Positions 39,684 through 54,554 of a stretch of DNA of 64,000 nt are shown in pieces. How positions within the stretch are numbered: position 1 is the stretch's first letter; every line of letters begins with the position of its first letter. Source of the stretch: Octopus sinensis (Eukaryota). Made by a program: the position numbers and the translations under genes. Where the stretch lies: the NCBI RefSeq assembly GCF_006345805.1, contig NC_043004.1, positions 20,026,001 through 20,090,000 on the forward strand, given 5' to 3'. The notes beneath the pieces are model-generated. The model had not been told where the DNA came from and searched no databases. It saw only the letters and a list, made by a program, of their open reading frames with translations.

Positions 39684-42428
39684 CATATATGGTGTGTTGT
39701 GAATTTATGCAAAGAAATCCCATAAAACTCACCAGTTTTGATAAAAATGGAGAATAGAAGGTGTAAAAATATATATGAGAAATATATGAAGAGAAAAATA
39801 TAAAGAATCTATATTAGAATTCTTTTATTGTGAATCTCCAAATTAAAGGACGAATTAATTCAACCTTTTTATACACACACACATACACATATATATTCAT
39901 ACATGTTTCTATATACATTTCTTTTTTTTATATATATAAGTATATATGTGTGTTCGTGCGCGTGTGTGTATATATATATATGTATGTGTGTGTGTGTGTG
40001 TGCATGCTTTGGTTAGTAATAGGATATAATTGTAAACTAATGAGCAAGGTATATAATAGGTGAATAAATAATGAACATGATAAGTCACCAACTTCAGACT
40101 TTAGCTAAACTGAATCCAAGGGAAGTACGTGTGCAACCAACTGACCATGTAATATACAGTTGTATATAAACAATGACAGCGTAGCTGCTGCAAATCTCCG
40201 GTCTGCAGCGATGCCAAAAGCTTAATGTCAAGCTTGCAAAAAGTCAACAAGCAAGCTAAAGTACAGAAAGCAAAATGTCTTTTAGCAGGTAAATATATAC
40301 GGTCATGTTGGTTGTCCAGCTGTTGTCAATGCCTATTGCAAGTAGAATAATGTTTATTTTGAAACTAATTTTGATAATATATGTTTAACTATCGCAAGAA
40401 AGAGAATGACCAATATATTATTCTTAACATTTATTTTAATAATGCAACTGAAAAAATTTCGAGCGATCAACTCAACTATTATAACATTTTAAATGGTCTT
40501 CTTATGTTTTGTTCATACTTCATTTCCTTTTTAAAACACATATATTTAGTGTGGATATTTAGAACCTTTGCAAGCTATGTTAGAATGCTACTTGAATCGA
40601 CTATGGTTTTCATTCCTTCGCGGGTGGTAGATTAAATATAAAGCAGAAGAAATATTTAGGAACATTTTGTTGACGGAATATCTCTCTTGAAGCCACTGGT
40701 TTACTCGTCATGCAAGACAATATCATGCTGATAACTTAACGACATGGGGGAGAGGATATACTGGTTAAATACTAGTTTATAGAGACGTCAGTACTATGAA
40801 TGTTGATAATTATACTGATATTTGTGATGGAAATGATGATGACAACGACCAGAAAGTGACGAAATGCACAACACCGATTTTAGCTCTTCATTTATGAAGG
40901 GAAACCTTTGCTTGCCAAAAGCCAAAAAAATTGAACTATAGTAACCAAAAGGGAAAAGTAAAAGATTAACTTCTTATTCAACCTATACAATTTAATGACT
41001 GCTGTATACCATCACCACCAACACAACAACCACCACAACCACATTCACCACCACCATCACCACCACCATCACCACCACCATCATCACCATCACCACTACC
41101 ACTATCACAACCACCACTATAACTACAACCAGAACCACCATCTCCTCCACTACAACCACTACCATCTCCATATATCACAGGTACTGATCTTAACAAATGT
41201 TGAGATGAGAAAAGGAAGTAACTGTCCTGCTTAGAAATCGAAGTAAAATCTGTGAGACGCCATATTGCATAGCCAAGTTCACGTGTGAAACGTCTTCTCA
41301 GTCATTGAATCTCCTAAAACTAACGGAGAACTTTTCTCTCAAATCACACTCTATAGTCTTAAATAAAGACTGCATTAAACAATATAGACTTTGACACAAA
41401 GAAGCCAGAAATTGTCGCTGTCGGAATATCTTTGATCAAATATCTTCTGAAGTAGATCTATCATAGTGTTAAATTGCAGCAACAGTATGAATATTCTGTG
41501 TTCGAATTTTTAGAAGTACCATAACTCTATATCAGATATATATTTTTCTTTCTTGACTACAAAGATAACGACAAAAATTATAATTATATGTTTATTCCAG
41601 CCTATAGAAGTTACAAGACTACAGGTTGTCACTTAAAATGTTAGAAATAACACTACAAATCTCTGTATCGATACACATTGCCGTTTTAAAAATGAAGCAC
41701 ACATTGAATAACATAGTCTTCGATGCATTTATCCAACCAACCTGAGGGAAGTGTTGTGGCTGATACTTTCATGAAACATTTTGCTCAGTTAATCGACAAT
41801 AATTACAAGAGCTTTAGTAGTAAATACTTTGTTGATGTAATTTTTTAGGCTGAAATTTGTTTGTTCATCAATGAGTATTGAAAGTAAGATTTATAGTAAC
41901 TAAATGTTCCGGAACAGTAGAAATGAGGGCATAAATTTAAGCTATAAAGATTTTGGGAAAATATTGTACGAAATTTATTACCTTCAATGGAGAGAAATAT
42001 CTTTACTGTGAACGCACATCAAATCTTTGCAATGCTGGCCATAGGAATCCAAGATCAAATCGCTCGGGTGAACAGCTCCCTATATAGAAATGAAGAAGTG
42101 CTAAATGTCTTGCAATGAAACATAATGAAACCATATGCTAGCTTTCACACGAGAAAACATATACACAAATACATGAAAATGTAGACTACATACAAGTACA
42201 TTTACACATATATATTATTGCAGTATATATATACAGAAGTATGTTTTTAAGTGCATACTTATCTCTTTCTTTGTGACATATAAGCATACACACGCGTATA
42301 TACTCGTATACATAGAGAAGAATATAAACTAACGGAAAGACAGAGAGATATATGTATAAACAGATGGATAGCTAGTCAGACAGACTGATAGATGGACAGA
42401 TAGATAGATTGATAGGTAGAGAGATAGG

Positions 42429-42485
<57 letters not shown>

Positions 42486-42887
42486 GGAGAGAGAGAGATA
42501 CTCGCAAGCTTTATTAAGTTTATGGATATGACAAAGTACCAATTTGTAGATATGTTCATACAACCTTCACATAAAATATTTCCCAAAGAAGCTTTTATGC
42601 GCGGTAATAGTACTTAACCTCACTATATAGTGATTAGTATCAGCACATCGTGTTGGTTCTGAATTTGCCTGATATGGTAGCCAAATTTCTTTCAAATCAC
42701 ATGATAACTCTAAAAATTAGAAGTTTAATTAGATACACTCATTGAAAACGGTCATAATAGTCACGGCTGGAAGAAATTTAATAAGTTTCATCAACAAGAT
42801 GAAGTGCACTTCATCAAATTTCCATATTTGGCTAGAACTAGGTCCTATTCTTGCAAAATGACTCCAACATCTTTACCTGCCGAATGA

Positions 42888-43070
42888 GCCGAGCTGGTAA
42901 AATCGTTAACAAGCCTGCAAAATTCTGAGCGGCATTTCATCCGTCTTCACGATATGAGTTCAAATTCCGCCGAGGTTGACTTTCATAATTTCGGGATCGA
43001 TAAGGTAAGTATTAGTAGACCAAAGGGGTAGACGTAATCGACTTACCATTTACCTGATATTGCTGGACTT
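42888..43070 (+). mobile_element. SINE family A, degraded (tail A)
   Basis: GAGCTGGTAAAATCGTTAAC head; GAGTTCAAATTCCGCCGAGGTTGACTTT. Confidence 0.75.
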
Positions 43071-43264
43071 TTGCTGACATTTGAAATCAATATCTCTACC
43101 TGCTTACACTTAGATTCGTTAGGATTAAAACGCTGCTTTTTTTTTTCCTATGTAAATTTAAGTAAAGATACATAGCCCAATGGAACATACAATATCAACG
43201 AAACCGGCTTTTGCAGAAAGAGCCTTTGACACTACCGAAAGATATTGTGTGAACAAAATCATGT

Positions 43265-43430
43265 CTGGCGAACTGGCAGAATCGATAGCACGTCCGGCAA
43301 AATAGCGGTATTTATTTCGAGTTCAAATGCAGCCGATGTCAACTTTGCCTTTCATCTTTTGGAGGTCGATAAAGCTAAAGGACTAGTCAAGTATTAGGGT
43401 TGATGTAATCAATTATCACCCGCTCGAATC
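43265..43430 (+). mobile_element. SINE family A, degraded
   Basis: GGCGAACTGGCAGAATCGATAGCAC head; GAGTTCAAATG; CTTTGCCTTTCATC. Confidence 0.75.
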
Positions 43431-44383
43431 TGAAACAGACCTTATGGATGTAAGAATAGAAATAAGATAAAAGGAAGCAGTGAGGTAGGATAATGTATTA
43501 AGGGATTGCAATTAGTTGAAAGATTATGAAGTTCATCGACATTTCTATCTTTGTAACTCTCACTTCAACCGCTCTACGTATTCATACACATACATTCTGT
43601 CTCTCTTTCTGTTTGTCTCTGAGTTTCACTTTCTCTTACATTCTCTCCTTCCCTCTCTTTCCACCTATCTCTCCCTATTCGTTGTGTTGCCTTACAACCT
43701 TTGTAGCCAACACTCTGACACTTATTGGTAAACTAGTTATTCAAAAGTTGGTGAGTCGCTAGTAATGGAGTGGTTCGTATAATCGATTTTAGGATTGGTG
43801 GTAACTGTTATGGTGATGGTAGGAATATTGTTAATGAGTTTCTCAGTGGTATTGTAGTTCTTGATAAGTGTCAAGTCGATCCCCATTGACCTAAGATCAA
43901 AGTTATTTGATTCAAATTGTAAAATGCACTAAGATATTATATAATCTCATGCTATAGTAAATTATTTAAGATTGAGTTCCTTATTTTGTTCACGATGTTG
44001 TTGCTATCGTTAGTCATTTGGGATCTTGGTGGACTGGTATGGCGGTAGTTTCATTAGCTTGGGTTAGAAAGTTGATTTATATATGTGTATACATATATAC
44101 ATATAGATGATTCACACATACACACACACACATAAACACACATGCACACACACACACACATATTACTTTTATGTTCAGTAGTAATAGAAATAATTTTACA
44201 TCAATCTGAGGGTTAGTCTATAATTTTTGTTGATTACAAGTTTATTATTCTTAAACAAGAATATTAGTGACAGCAACTTCGGAGATTCTGAATGAAACTC
44301 CGAAGTCACTGTCAATAATATACTTCTTTAACTGTAACAAATATATCTATCTATTTATCTATCTATCCTTCTGTCTTCCGACC

Positions 44384-44516
<133 letters not shown>

Positions 44517-44551
44517 AGCTAGCTAGCTAAGTGTCTATTTGTCAGCCTGTA

Positions 44552-44589
<38 letters not shown>

Positions 44590-45469
44590 GTCGATGTGCT
44601 TCGATTTATATTTGGCTTGCAAGATTCTTGATGTGAAACTGTGTGTTGAAACAAAGCTTGTCTCGGGAAGATCATTACGGCAATTATAATAGACACATAC
44701 ACTAACCCAGTTTCAGTTCTTTATTAATACTAAATCGGTTAAAATATCTAAACAACTAAGTAATCTATCGTTTGTTTAATGTGTTTGTTAAACAATGAAT
44801 CAGCTTGAAACCATACGAATGCATGTAATTATGAATACTTCCAATACACAACGATACACATCCATGGGCATGCACATGTAGACACACACACACACATACA
44901 TACATGCGTGCATATGTATATATATGTGTGTGTATGTGTGTGCGTATATATAAAGAGAGAGAAAGAGAGATGGATGGGGGAGACACACATTATAAACCCA
45001 AAAAATGCACAGAATTACACGCTCATTCAGTCCAAAATTCCCTTTCACACAACATACATACTCATAGTGACGCATGGACAAACACTTCATAAGCATAGAT
45101 AAGCACAAACACACACACACACACACACCACACACACACAAACAAATACACACATTTACAAACATATACACACGAGCACACACACAAGCACACTAACGCC
45201 TTTCCGATACAAAAATGTAAATATATTAATAGTTTTTCAGATTGTTAAGCTTAATTTGATTTAAATCTTTGGGATAAGAAGAAAATGTAGGTTTTAGATT
45301 ACTGTAATTCTTTCTTAGTATATGTGTGAGTTAAATTAAAGCCTGTATATTGAAATTAGTGGTGATACTTTACATTTTCTCTAAGCCCCAAGTCCCGTAA
45401 ACTGAGGTCGTTGGAATCCAGGGTATCTCTCTCTCTCTTTCTCTCTCTGCTTCCTTTTCTCTTTTTTAT

Positions 45470-45552
<83 letters not shown>

Positions 45553-45908
45553 AGTCTAAATGTATGGATATATTTACATTCATATGTGTGCTTGTTTGTT
45601 CCCATATATAATTGTGTGTGTATGAATATATATATATATGTATGTATGCATGTATGTATGTATGTATGTATGCATGTATGTATGTATGTATGTATGTATG
45701 TATGTATGTATGTATGAATAAAAGTATAAATATATATATATCTATGTATAACTAAATCTATAAATATATATGCTTATATACATGTAACTATATATATATA
45801 TATTCAAATATATATATGTATGTATATATGTATACACACACACACACACACATATATATATACGCATATATATGTGTGTGTGTGTATATATGTATATATA
45901 TATATATA

Positions 45909-46250
45909 TTATATTAAATTAGAGACAAAACCACTATTATGCAAATCAAACAAAAAAAAAGACTTAAGCCAATACATAAAATAATTTATATAAATTAAAT
46001 TTAATTAAATTAATTATATATATATATATAATATATATATATATGTATGTATGCATGTATGTATGTATGAATGCATGTATGTATGTATGTATGTATGTAT
46101 GTATGTATGTATGTATGTATGTATGTATGTATGTATGAATAAAAGTATAAATGTTAATTAAATTTAATTTATATAAATTATTTTATGTATTGGCTTAAGT
46201 CTTTTTTGTCTGATTTGCATAATTGTGGTTTTGTCTCTAATTTAATATAA
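45909..46250. repeat. TA-flanked foldback, ~100-bp arms (45909-46008 and 46154-46250) around a (TATG)n spacer
   Basis: ATATTAAATTAGAGACAAAACCAC..GACTTAAGCCAATACATAAAATAATTTATATAAATTAAAT and its reverse complement, with few mismatches. Confidence 0.85.
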
Positions 46251-46880
46251 TATAATATAATATTTTACTATAAAATTGGATTCAATCCTAAATCTGATTT
46301 TTCCCTGTAAATTTGGATTTATTCCCTAATATTTATTATTATTATATATATATATATGCTTGTTTGTGTGTGTGTGGGTAGAAAGTTGAAAAAGGAACAC
46401 CCAAGTTGATATATATGCAAAAACAAAATCAAAATGGAAAATGCTAAAATAAGTTTATAAAAAACATTTCAGTATCAGTTTCAGTCATTGACGCTTTTTT
46501 CAACTGTAAGTATGGAAAACAATTAAGTTTTGGAAAAATGTAAAGTAAAGGGTTTTAAAAGAATATTTGGTATAGTGTTCAAATATAAGTGGCATTTTCC
46601 TTGTTTCTGCCTGCCTCTGTCTCTCTTGTTTACTCTTGTTGGTTCGAGGTCGTTGTGAATTCTTGGCAGGGAAGAAGACAAAGAGGAGAAGAAAAAGAAG
46701 AAGGTGGTGGAGGAGAAGAATGCGCGAGTGCCATGATAGTAATTGGATGTTAAGTGGTCAAGTGCCCTGAAAGTGACTTGCGGATGGTAGTAGTGATTGA
46801 ATTCTTGAGACATCTCTTTTTAATGTTTTGTTAATAAAATATACGTAACTGTTATTCTAAACAGCAATAGTGGTAAAGTT

Positions 46881-47345
46881 AGGAAGGAGGCGGCGGAAAG
46901 GAAGGAGGCTGCGGTGAGGAAGAAGACGAAGAAGAAGACGGAGAAAGATAGGGGAGAATAAGAAGGAATGTAAGTGGTATGATAGTAGTAGGATGTTAAA
47001 TGGTCAAGTGACCTAAAAGTGGTTCGTTATGGATTATAGTAGTGATTGAGAGTGATTTTAAATGAATTCTTGGGAAACTCTTGAGTGCATCATTTTTAAT
47101 ATTTGCCACGGTATTAGAATAACACGAACACAAAGGCAAATATTGAAAATGCTACACTCAAGAGATCCCAAGAATTCATTTAAAAACAGTCCCAATCACT
47201 GCTATAATGAATAACACCTCACTTTTAGGTCACTTAACCATTTAACATCCTACTACCATCATACCACCTGCATTCCTTCTTATTCTCCCTTCTCTTTCTC
47301 TTTCTTCTTCTTCGTCTTCTACTTCTCCGCCACCTCCTTCCTCCA
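46881..47345. repeat. Foldback with ~210-225-bp arms (46881-47107 and 47135-47345), 27-bp spacer
   Basis: GGATGTTAAATGGTCAAGTGACCTAAAAGTG pairs with CACTTTTAGGTCACTTAACCATTTAACATCC. Extra partial copies at ~46680-46830 and ~47349-47400. Lies directly upstream of a GIY-YIG fragment. Confidence 0.85.
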
Positions 47346-47439
47346 TTAACATCCTACTGCTATCATACCACCTACATTCCTTCGTATTCTCCCTTCTCTT
47401 TCTCATTCTTCGTATTCTTGCTCTCCACCACCATTGCAT

Positions 47440-48045
47440 TTATCAATACACAAAATCCAGTATTAGTCAAATTTTTCCACACTATAAAAACAAACCTATC
47501 AATATTCCTACAATGACCCAATATGCAAAATCTGGTAAGTGAAAACATTTTATGCAACAGTAAATGTGGACCAAAGAAATATTAAAAAATCATCTTATGA
47601 GGGCAAAATTCACATCAGAGATTAATGCAGACTTTTCAGTGGAGGATTGTAGAGATAATAGATGTGGTACATGTAACAACAACAACAGTAAATATTTGGA
47701 CAGTGGTTCCGATATGAAATTTAAATGTGAATTCTCCTTCGAAGTAAATGCAGATATGAACTGCAAGATACAGAATCTCATATTCTGCAAAACCTGCCCC
47801 AATTGCAAGGACCATTATATTGGCGAAATCAACAATTCCCTTTGCGAACGAACATAAATCCACAGACAGCATATCATGCAAAAAGCATTACGTGAGATTC
47901 TGCTGAGTAAATATCTGGAAATGGGTGGAAAAAGCAAATTATTCAAGATCTTTCCCTTCTACAAATGCCCACTGGATAGCCCAAAATACCAGAAAGCAAT
48001 GGAACTTCATATTTCAAAAGTTCTTCGCTTAACTAAGCGTTAGAT
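47440..48045 (+). mobile_element. Penelope-like element GIY-YIG endonuclease fragment
   Basis: ORF 47564-47857 and read-through: CRDNRCGTC..MNCKIQNLIFCKTCPNCKDHYIGEINNSLCER*IHRQHI..FKIFPFYKC. Confidence 0.8.
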
Positions 48046-48530
48046 AAAAAAAAAAATCACTTATAGGATTCTGAAAGGTTGGGCAATATTTATAGCAAAG
48101 ATAATATACGTGAACACTCTCTGCTATTGAAAAAGTTATGTAGATTATTTTATAAGCAAACTAATACAAGTACAGTACCTAACTAACTATTGCGGAAGAT
48201 GTGGCTGGAATTACACTTGGGTTATGAGTAAAATAATCAAATGTGATTACTTGAATACTCGTTTTGACCTTCTCCAGGCGTACGTTTATTTTGTGTTAGA
48301 TTAATCGAGTGAAGCGAATGTGTGTTTACATATTAAATCAGATTTGAACTTTTGGGCTTCTTTCATATTTTATAATCGTGACTGAATTCATTCTTGCTTA
48401 AATCTATTTCATTCCTCGACTAACACTGAAAAATACTTTGATTGTTTATAGTATGCATGCATACACGCAGATATGTGTACGTGTGAGTGTATGTGCCTAC
48501 GTGTGTGTGCATGTGTGTGTGTATATGAGA

Positions 48531-48627
<97 letters not shown>

Positions 48628-48928
48628 GTATGTCTGTATGTATGTAAATTCATAAATGCATACATACAGAGTATGTGAATATATCATATATATATATGTG
48701 TGTGTGTGTGTATGTAAATGTGTATGTTATACACATATGATTTGCATATAAGAGAAAGAGAGAGAGAGATGCTGTCAAAACAATGACTAAAACAGGAGTG
48801 AAATATTAAATTGTCATTAACTTCAACAAGTTGACCATATAAGTACAATTTAAGCCATTCTAGCAACTCCTTTCTTTCTTTCCTTTCTTTCTTTGATTCA
48901 TACATATCTATATCTATATCGATATCTA

Positions 48929-48965
<37 letters not shown>

Positions 48966-49056
48966 CTATCGATCTACCTATCTATCTATCTCTCTCTATA
49001 TATATATACATACATACATACATACATACATACATACATACATACATACATACATA

Positions 49057-49883
49057 GAGGGTGGGTGGAAAGTAACTACATATTAGGAATTGCTTATAGA
49101 ATTTTTAGTATTGCTAACGAAAACACTTTTTAAACAGACAACACAAATCGGGATTTCTTATTTTCTTATTGTCTTATTTCTTCTTATTTTCCAGATGAGC
49201 GGTGGCTACTCTTAAGGAGCCAGGTAAAGTAGCAGAACGCTATGGAGGGTGGTTTTCGTTTAGAGATGGTAAGGTAAGTATGCAACGCTACGTCCGGAGA
49301 CAATAAAATTTATCATGCAAAGCTGATTACCACGGGATCTGTGAACGATGCAAGAAAAAGTGGCCGTCCAACCATATCTCGATCAGCGGAAAACGTGGCA
49401 ACAGTACAGGAAATGTTTCATCGCAGCCAACAAAAGGTAGCACGTCAAACAACTCGTCAAAGTGGACTAACAACACACACAATACGTACGGTTTTGCATA
49501 AAGAATTGAAATTTAGTTCGTTGAAACCCCACTACGTGCAGAATCTAAGACCTGAAGACTGTGACCGCAGAAGTCCTGAAGTTCAGATCTCACTCCATTC
49601 CTGTGATTTTTACCTGTGTGGTTACCCAAAAAGAAGAGGAGTTCAAGACAAATACTCGCACATTGGACGACTTGGAGATACGAATTCCTGAGGTTTTCAA
49701 TATCTCAGACGACGTCTTCCTGAAAGTTGTTAGTTCCATCCGCTACTTAACTTTAAAATATGAAGATTTACTTTCATTTTTCCGTGCAATAAAGAATATG
49801 TATAATTTGTTTCAATAAATTTGTAAAAGGAATATGGATTTTATTACCAATTTTTAATACCTACTACATTTTTATCCACCCTA
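49057..49883 (+). mobile_element. Internally deleted mariner/Tc-like element (827 bp)
   Basis: Degenerate TIRs (~18/28) AGGGTGG.. flanked by TA. TGSVNDARKSGRP..KPHYVQNLRPEDCDRR joins directly to a C-terminal SP..L.SCDFYL.GY segment, so the catalytic core is deleted. Confidence 0.8.
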
Positions 49884-49904
49884 TATATGTATATATATAT
49901 ATAT

Positions 49905-50870
49905 ATCATCATCGTCAGTTCCATGTTGTTTCTGGGTGTTTTTTCTTCTTTTGTGCTTGGAACATTTGCCTATAAAGCTATCATCTGTTTACCGTTGAAG
50001 GCTTTGAATGGCATTGGTAGGTCTTTCATCGTAGTCCTTTTTTCTTCATTTCTCCGATGATGTTTTTCAAAATATTCTCCATAAATCTTGATATAACAAC
50101 TCGATGCTTTGTCTTCTATGTGATTCCCCCCGTATTTAGCGCTGTTATTTGTGCTCTTCAGTTGGCTTTTTATAGCGTTGCCTGGTGTACGGGCATAGTG
50201 TACTGTCGATGATGGCATCGCTATACAGGATATGACGTGCCTGTCTGGTGTTATTCGTGAAACGGACTGACCTGCGCATCTAAGGTGATGTTTGACGATG
50301 GCCTCAATATGATTAACTGTCGTCCGGTCCAGGACTACAATGTTGTTGACAGTGCCATGGCTTTTTGACAGTTTTTTGTTGATGAAGTAGTACGAGTTTA
50401 CGGTGTGTTGGCGTTACAAGGACCATGTGTCAGAACGGTAGTGCAAAGTGGAAAAAAAAAACTGGTTTTATACACCATGACCTTCGTTTGTAGTTTTAGG
50501 TTCTTGCTTCCGTAGACACGCTTAAAGAGACACGAGCAGTTCAGCTCGGTTCGTGGTCTGGAAGTCTTACTTAGGCTTATACGGAGAAGATGTTTCTGGG
50601 GTAAAGGAACTGATCCAATCACTGCAGTGATGATGCTAATATGTAGAATGATTGAGTTGGAATAAGGTCGTGAAAGTAGTTTTGTCTTCTGCTATGACAG
50701 ACCGAAGGAATCATACGCATTTTAAAGTTGCTAATCAATTTCTGCATTCCTTCGAGTAAATGAACTGGTGTGATATTGTAGTCGTCGTAGAGCAGTTCAG
50801 TGTCATGAATATCGTTGGTCAGGATGTGTTATCGGCGTCTGGACAGATTGCAGAGCCTGAACACGACAAA
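49905..50870 (-). mobile_element. RTE-like LINE 3' fragment, decayed
   Basis: Minus strand: ELLYDD (YADD remnant, ~50790); LFKRVYGSKNLKLQTKVMVYK; short (GAT)n tail at ~49905. Confidence 0.75.
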
Positions 50871-52330
50871 TAGCATTAACAATTTTACGCTTTGATCATT
50901 GAAACATTTAATAAATCTGCTGCTTTGCTATTCGAAAAGGATTTGATACACATTCTTATTTCATATTTTGTAAAGTATATTGTAAATATGAGTAAGATTT
51001 CTCTAAACATGAATGATAGTTTGACCTTTGATGTTTGGTGTCTACCTAAGTAGGTAACAGAATTACTCTGCCCAAAGAAGAGAAATGTATTGGTTTTCTG
51101 AAGCATTTTGGATTATAATTATTTTATCCTTAAGATAAGAATGAATTCCTTCTTTATATGTTTTATGCAGCTGTTGATTTGCATTTTACAATGTTGCTCA
51201 ATTAACTCTCATGTGATTATATATTTTAGCTGTAGCTTTCTACGTTTCCTTCTGTTCGTTTTTCTGGATTATCTTATTGGGATAATTATCTCATTGAAAT
51301 CCGGTCGTTTTTGCTTTCTACATTTGGAATATTTGTTTCTGCTACATTTTCATATTTATTTATGACGTTATTGTAAATTGAATCGGTGTTCTATGACTTA
51401 GAACGGTCTATTTTAAATTCCACCTAACTATCAAGGAGACAGATTGCCTTTTTCACACGTATACGACTGGAGACTTAAAAGCCCGATCGTTCGTTTTTAA
51501 TAAATTAAAAATATGCAATTGTTTTCAATTGCAAGCATTTAAATGCTGTACTGTTTTTAATTATCGTAAATTGAAAATAATTGTAGTCTTTCTATTCAAG
51601 AAATAAAAGGTAACAAATTAGGTAATAATGACACTATTATTAGTGTTATTTGCCTTATGATAAATATAAAAAGGACATACAACAATCTGTTGGTAGAGGA
51701 CATTTCGCTTAGCATAATTTAGAACTTTATATCTTACTTTCATGATTCATGTATTTCTCATTTCATCTCATTAATATTATTCAATTTAATGTGTTACGTG
51801 TAAAGTCGTATATATAGCTTTATTTATTCTCTTTCTAAGTATGATTATATACATACATACATACATACACACACTCACACACACACACATACATATATAT
51901 TATATATATATATTCCACCTAACTATCAAGGGTGCATTCAGATAATACCTCCTTATTTTACTTTATTTACATGATATATATATTATATATTTTTTTTATA
52001 TGCTCCTATATGTATTATATATATATATGTGTTTTATATATTTTTATATGCCTATATTTTTATATACCTATATATTTTTATATATTACTTATATTATATT
52101 TTACTTTCTACGTCTTTTATAAATGTATTTCTTTGAATCGCTAAAATATTAAATCTAAATTTTTAATGATAAGAATTTCTCTCGCACCATATTATATTAT
52201 TATTATTACATGCTATACAGATGAATTTTGTTCCATCTTGCGGGTTATATGTTTATTCTATAATTAAATGTTCGAATTATGAAATGATATGCGGATGACC
52301 TTGCATTTGTTTGTTCAATGATTTTTAGTA

Positions 52331-52374
<44 letters not shown>

Positions 52375-52470
52375 CCGCCTGTGTGTATCAATATATATCT
52401 TAGCATATATATCTATATGCGTTCATATGTGCTCATTTGGATCTCACTTTATCACTATATATATAAATAT

Positions 52471-52814
52471 AATTCAACGTCACTAAAAATGACTAAGGAT
52501 GCAGGCAGTACTGGCGTTGGTAGAAATAAGAGTCAAAGACTCTGTAGCCACAAACAAAGCACATGTTCTATGTACTGACAAGGGAGACAACCTCCTCACC
52601 GCTAGCGAAGGTAATGGAAAAAGAATTAATAATGAGCATTAATTTCATGCAAAATTGGCGTGCCAGTCTAATGCCCTCGCCTGCAGTGGGAAGTTTGTCT
52701 CCCTTGACAGTTCATAGAACATATGATATGCTTGTGGCTAAAAAGTCTTTGACTCTTATTTCTAGCAATGCCGGTACACCCCTTACCTTTAGTCACTTTC
52801 AGTGACTGTGAAAT
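52471..52814. repeat. Foldback with ~140-bp arms (52471-52611 and 52674-52814), plus a third fragment at ~52985-53075
   Basis: TAGAAATAAGAGTCAAAGACT..GTTCTATGTACTGACAAGGGAGACAA pairs with TTGTCTCCCTTGACAGTTCATAGAAC..AGTCTTTTGACTCTTATTTCTA. Confidence 0.85.
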
Positions 52815-53248
52815 ATTTCCTTCTTGGTTTTAAATAGCGTCTGTTCACCTTAATTATTTTAAAATTTCCATAATACTATTTTGCTAAACCAGCTATTGGT
52901 TCCTATAGTAAAGTTTATAAATACCGAGAAAGTGCAATTTCAACTTCACCGCCGGCTATGGAGTGAGCATTTCTAATGAGTAATAATTTCATGCTAGTGC
53001 TCCTTACACACTTAGTCACTATTAGTGACGGCGAATTACCCCCATATTCGTTTTAAATTACGTCTAGCCATCTTAATTATTATGTGTGTGTGTGTGTGTA
53101 TGTGTGTGTGTGTGTTTGTTACATTATTACGTATTTATACACCGAAACGTTACGTAGCAGCTCTTATATAAAATTCTAAGAAATTTTGTAAGAGACTTCG
53201 TTTACGTGACTTCTCTAAGAGAAGGTAAATCACAGGCACACGCAACAC

Positions 53249-53316
<68 letters not shown>

Positions 53317-53439
53317 CAACGAGTATTTTTATCCTCCACTAATCAGGGAATTCATAGCGTGTTTGAAAACATCAGCGAAAGCAGACATTCCAGCAAATCT
53401 TTTTAAATCAGCCGTTATGAATGAAGGGCAAAAGACTTT

Positions 53440-54075
53440 AGAATGTCTACTGAAAGGTTCTTCTATAGTCAGTAAAGAAGCTGACAAAGGCGTAGTCATT
53501 GTCATGATGGAAATATCCTTTACAGGGAAATGGTCTTAAAAGAACTAATTGACTGACATTTCAACGAAAACAATTGCAAATAAACAATCGATGAACAAAA
53601 TTACTCAATAAAAAAGTGAAGTGAAAAAAATACGGCAGAGTTTTTGTATTACTTCATGAATTTCTAACTGAAAATAAGTAACGTTTACATACTAAAAAAT
53701 ATTCATAAAGCTAAAGAAAGTCGAAACAGCTAAAACGACATCTGAATAAACTTAAACATTCCCAAGCCGTCTGATTTAAAGTTACGATTAATTCGTGCAC
53801 GACCAACATCAAGCGCTCACGATGAAGCAATTTACTTGACATAAGTTTGAAAACATTGTGCAAATTTTTTCTTGGTTCTATCACAGATGACACGGAGTTC
53901 GTAAACTTCATTCCGGAAAGAATGAATACAGAGGGGATCCGAGTGAATCCGGATGTTATCAATCTCTACACAAATACTCCATCATGGATTATTATTAAAT
54001 GCAGTAGGATTCGCGAGAGGCAAATACCCGTACAGAATTTCGGAAAGAATTTATACTGGAAGTATTATAATAATA
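53440..54075 (+). mobile_element. Penelope-like reverse transcriptase N-terminal fragment
   Basis: SIVSKEADKGVVIVM (IKPADKG motif); VYILKNIHK (FYxLPKIHK); DLKLRLI (LRPI); PDVINLYTNTP (DVxSLYTNIP). Confidence 0.8.
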
Positions 54076-54139
54076 TATGCGTGTATGAGTATCAACTATA
54101 ATAATACTCTTGTGCATTTCTCCGTCACAATATATGAAT

Positions 54140-54497
54140 AAGAAAGGAAAGGGTGATAGATGGATAAGGAAGGAACGGGTGATATCAAACTGGAAGTGGG
54201 ATGGTGAACATTCAACGCAGAAAAGAAAAGTCAAACGGCGTTTCAACTCTGTGTGAGTATATGTGTGTATGTGTGTGTGTGTGACAAGAGAAGTATGTGA
54301 ATCTTTGTATCTGTGTTTGTTATGTACCTTATGTTTTTCTCCGTCAAAGCATATGAATGAGGAAGGAAGGAATGAAGGGATGATATATGACTAAGGAAGG
54401 AAGTGGTGCTGGCAATTCTACGATGGAAAATAATCAAGCAGAGTTTCAAATCTGTGTGAGCATGAGTGTGTGTGTAAAAGGGAGGTATGCGAATGTT

Positions 54498-54554
<57 letters not shown>

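Noticed and set aside
40090-40300. Several plausible splice donors and acceptors around GC-balanced sequence
   Set aside because: No consistent exon or recognisable peptide could be built.
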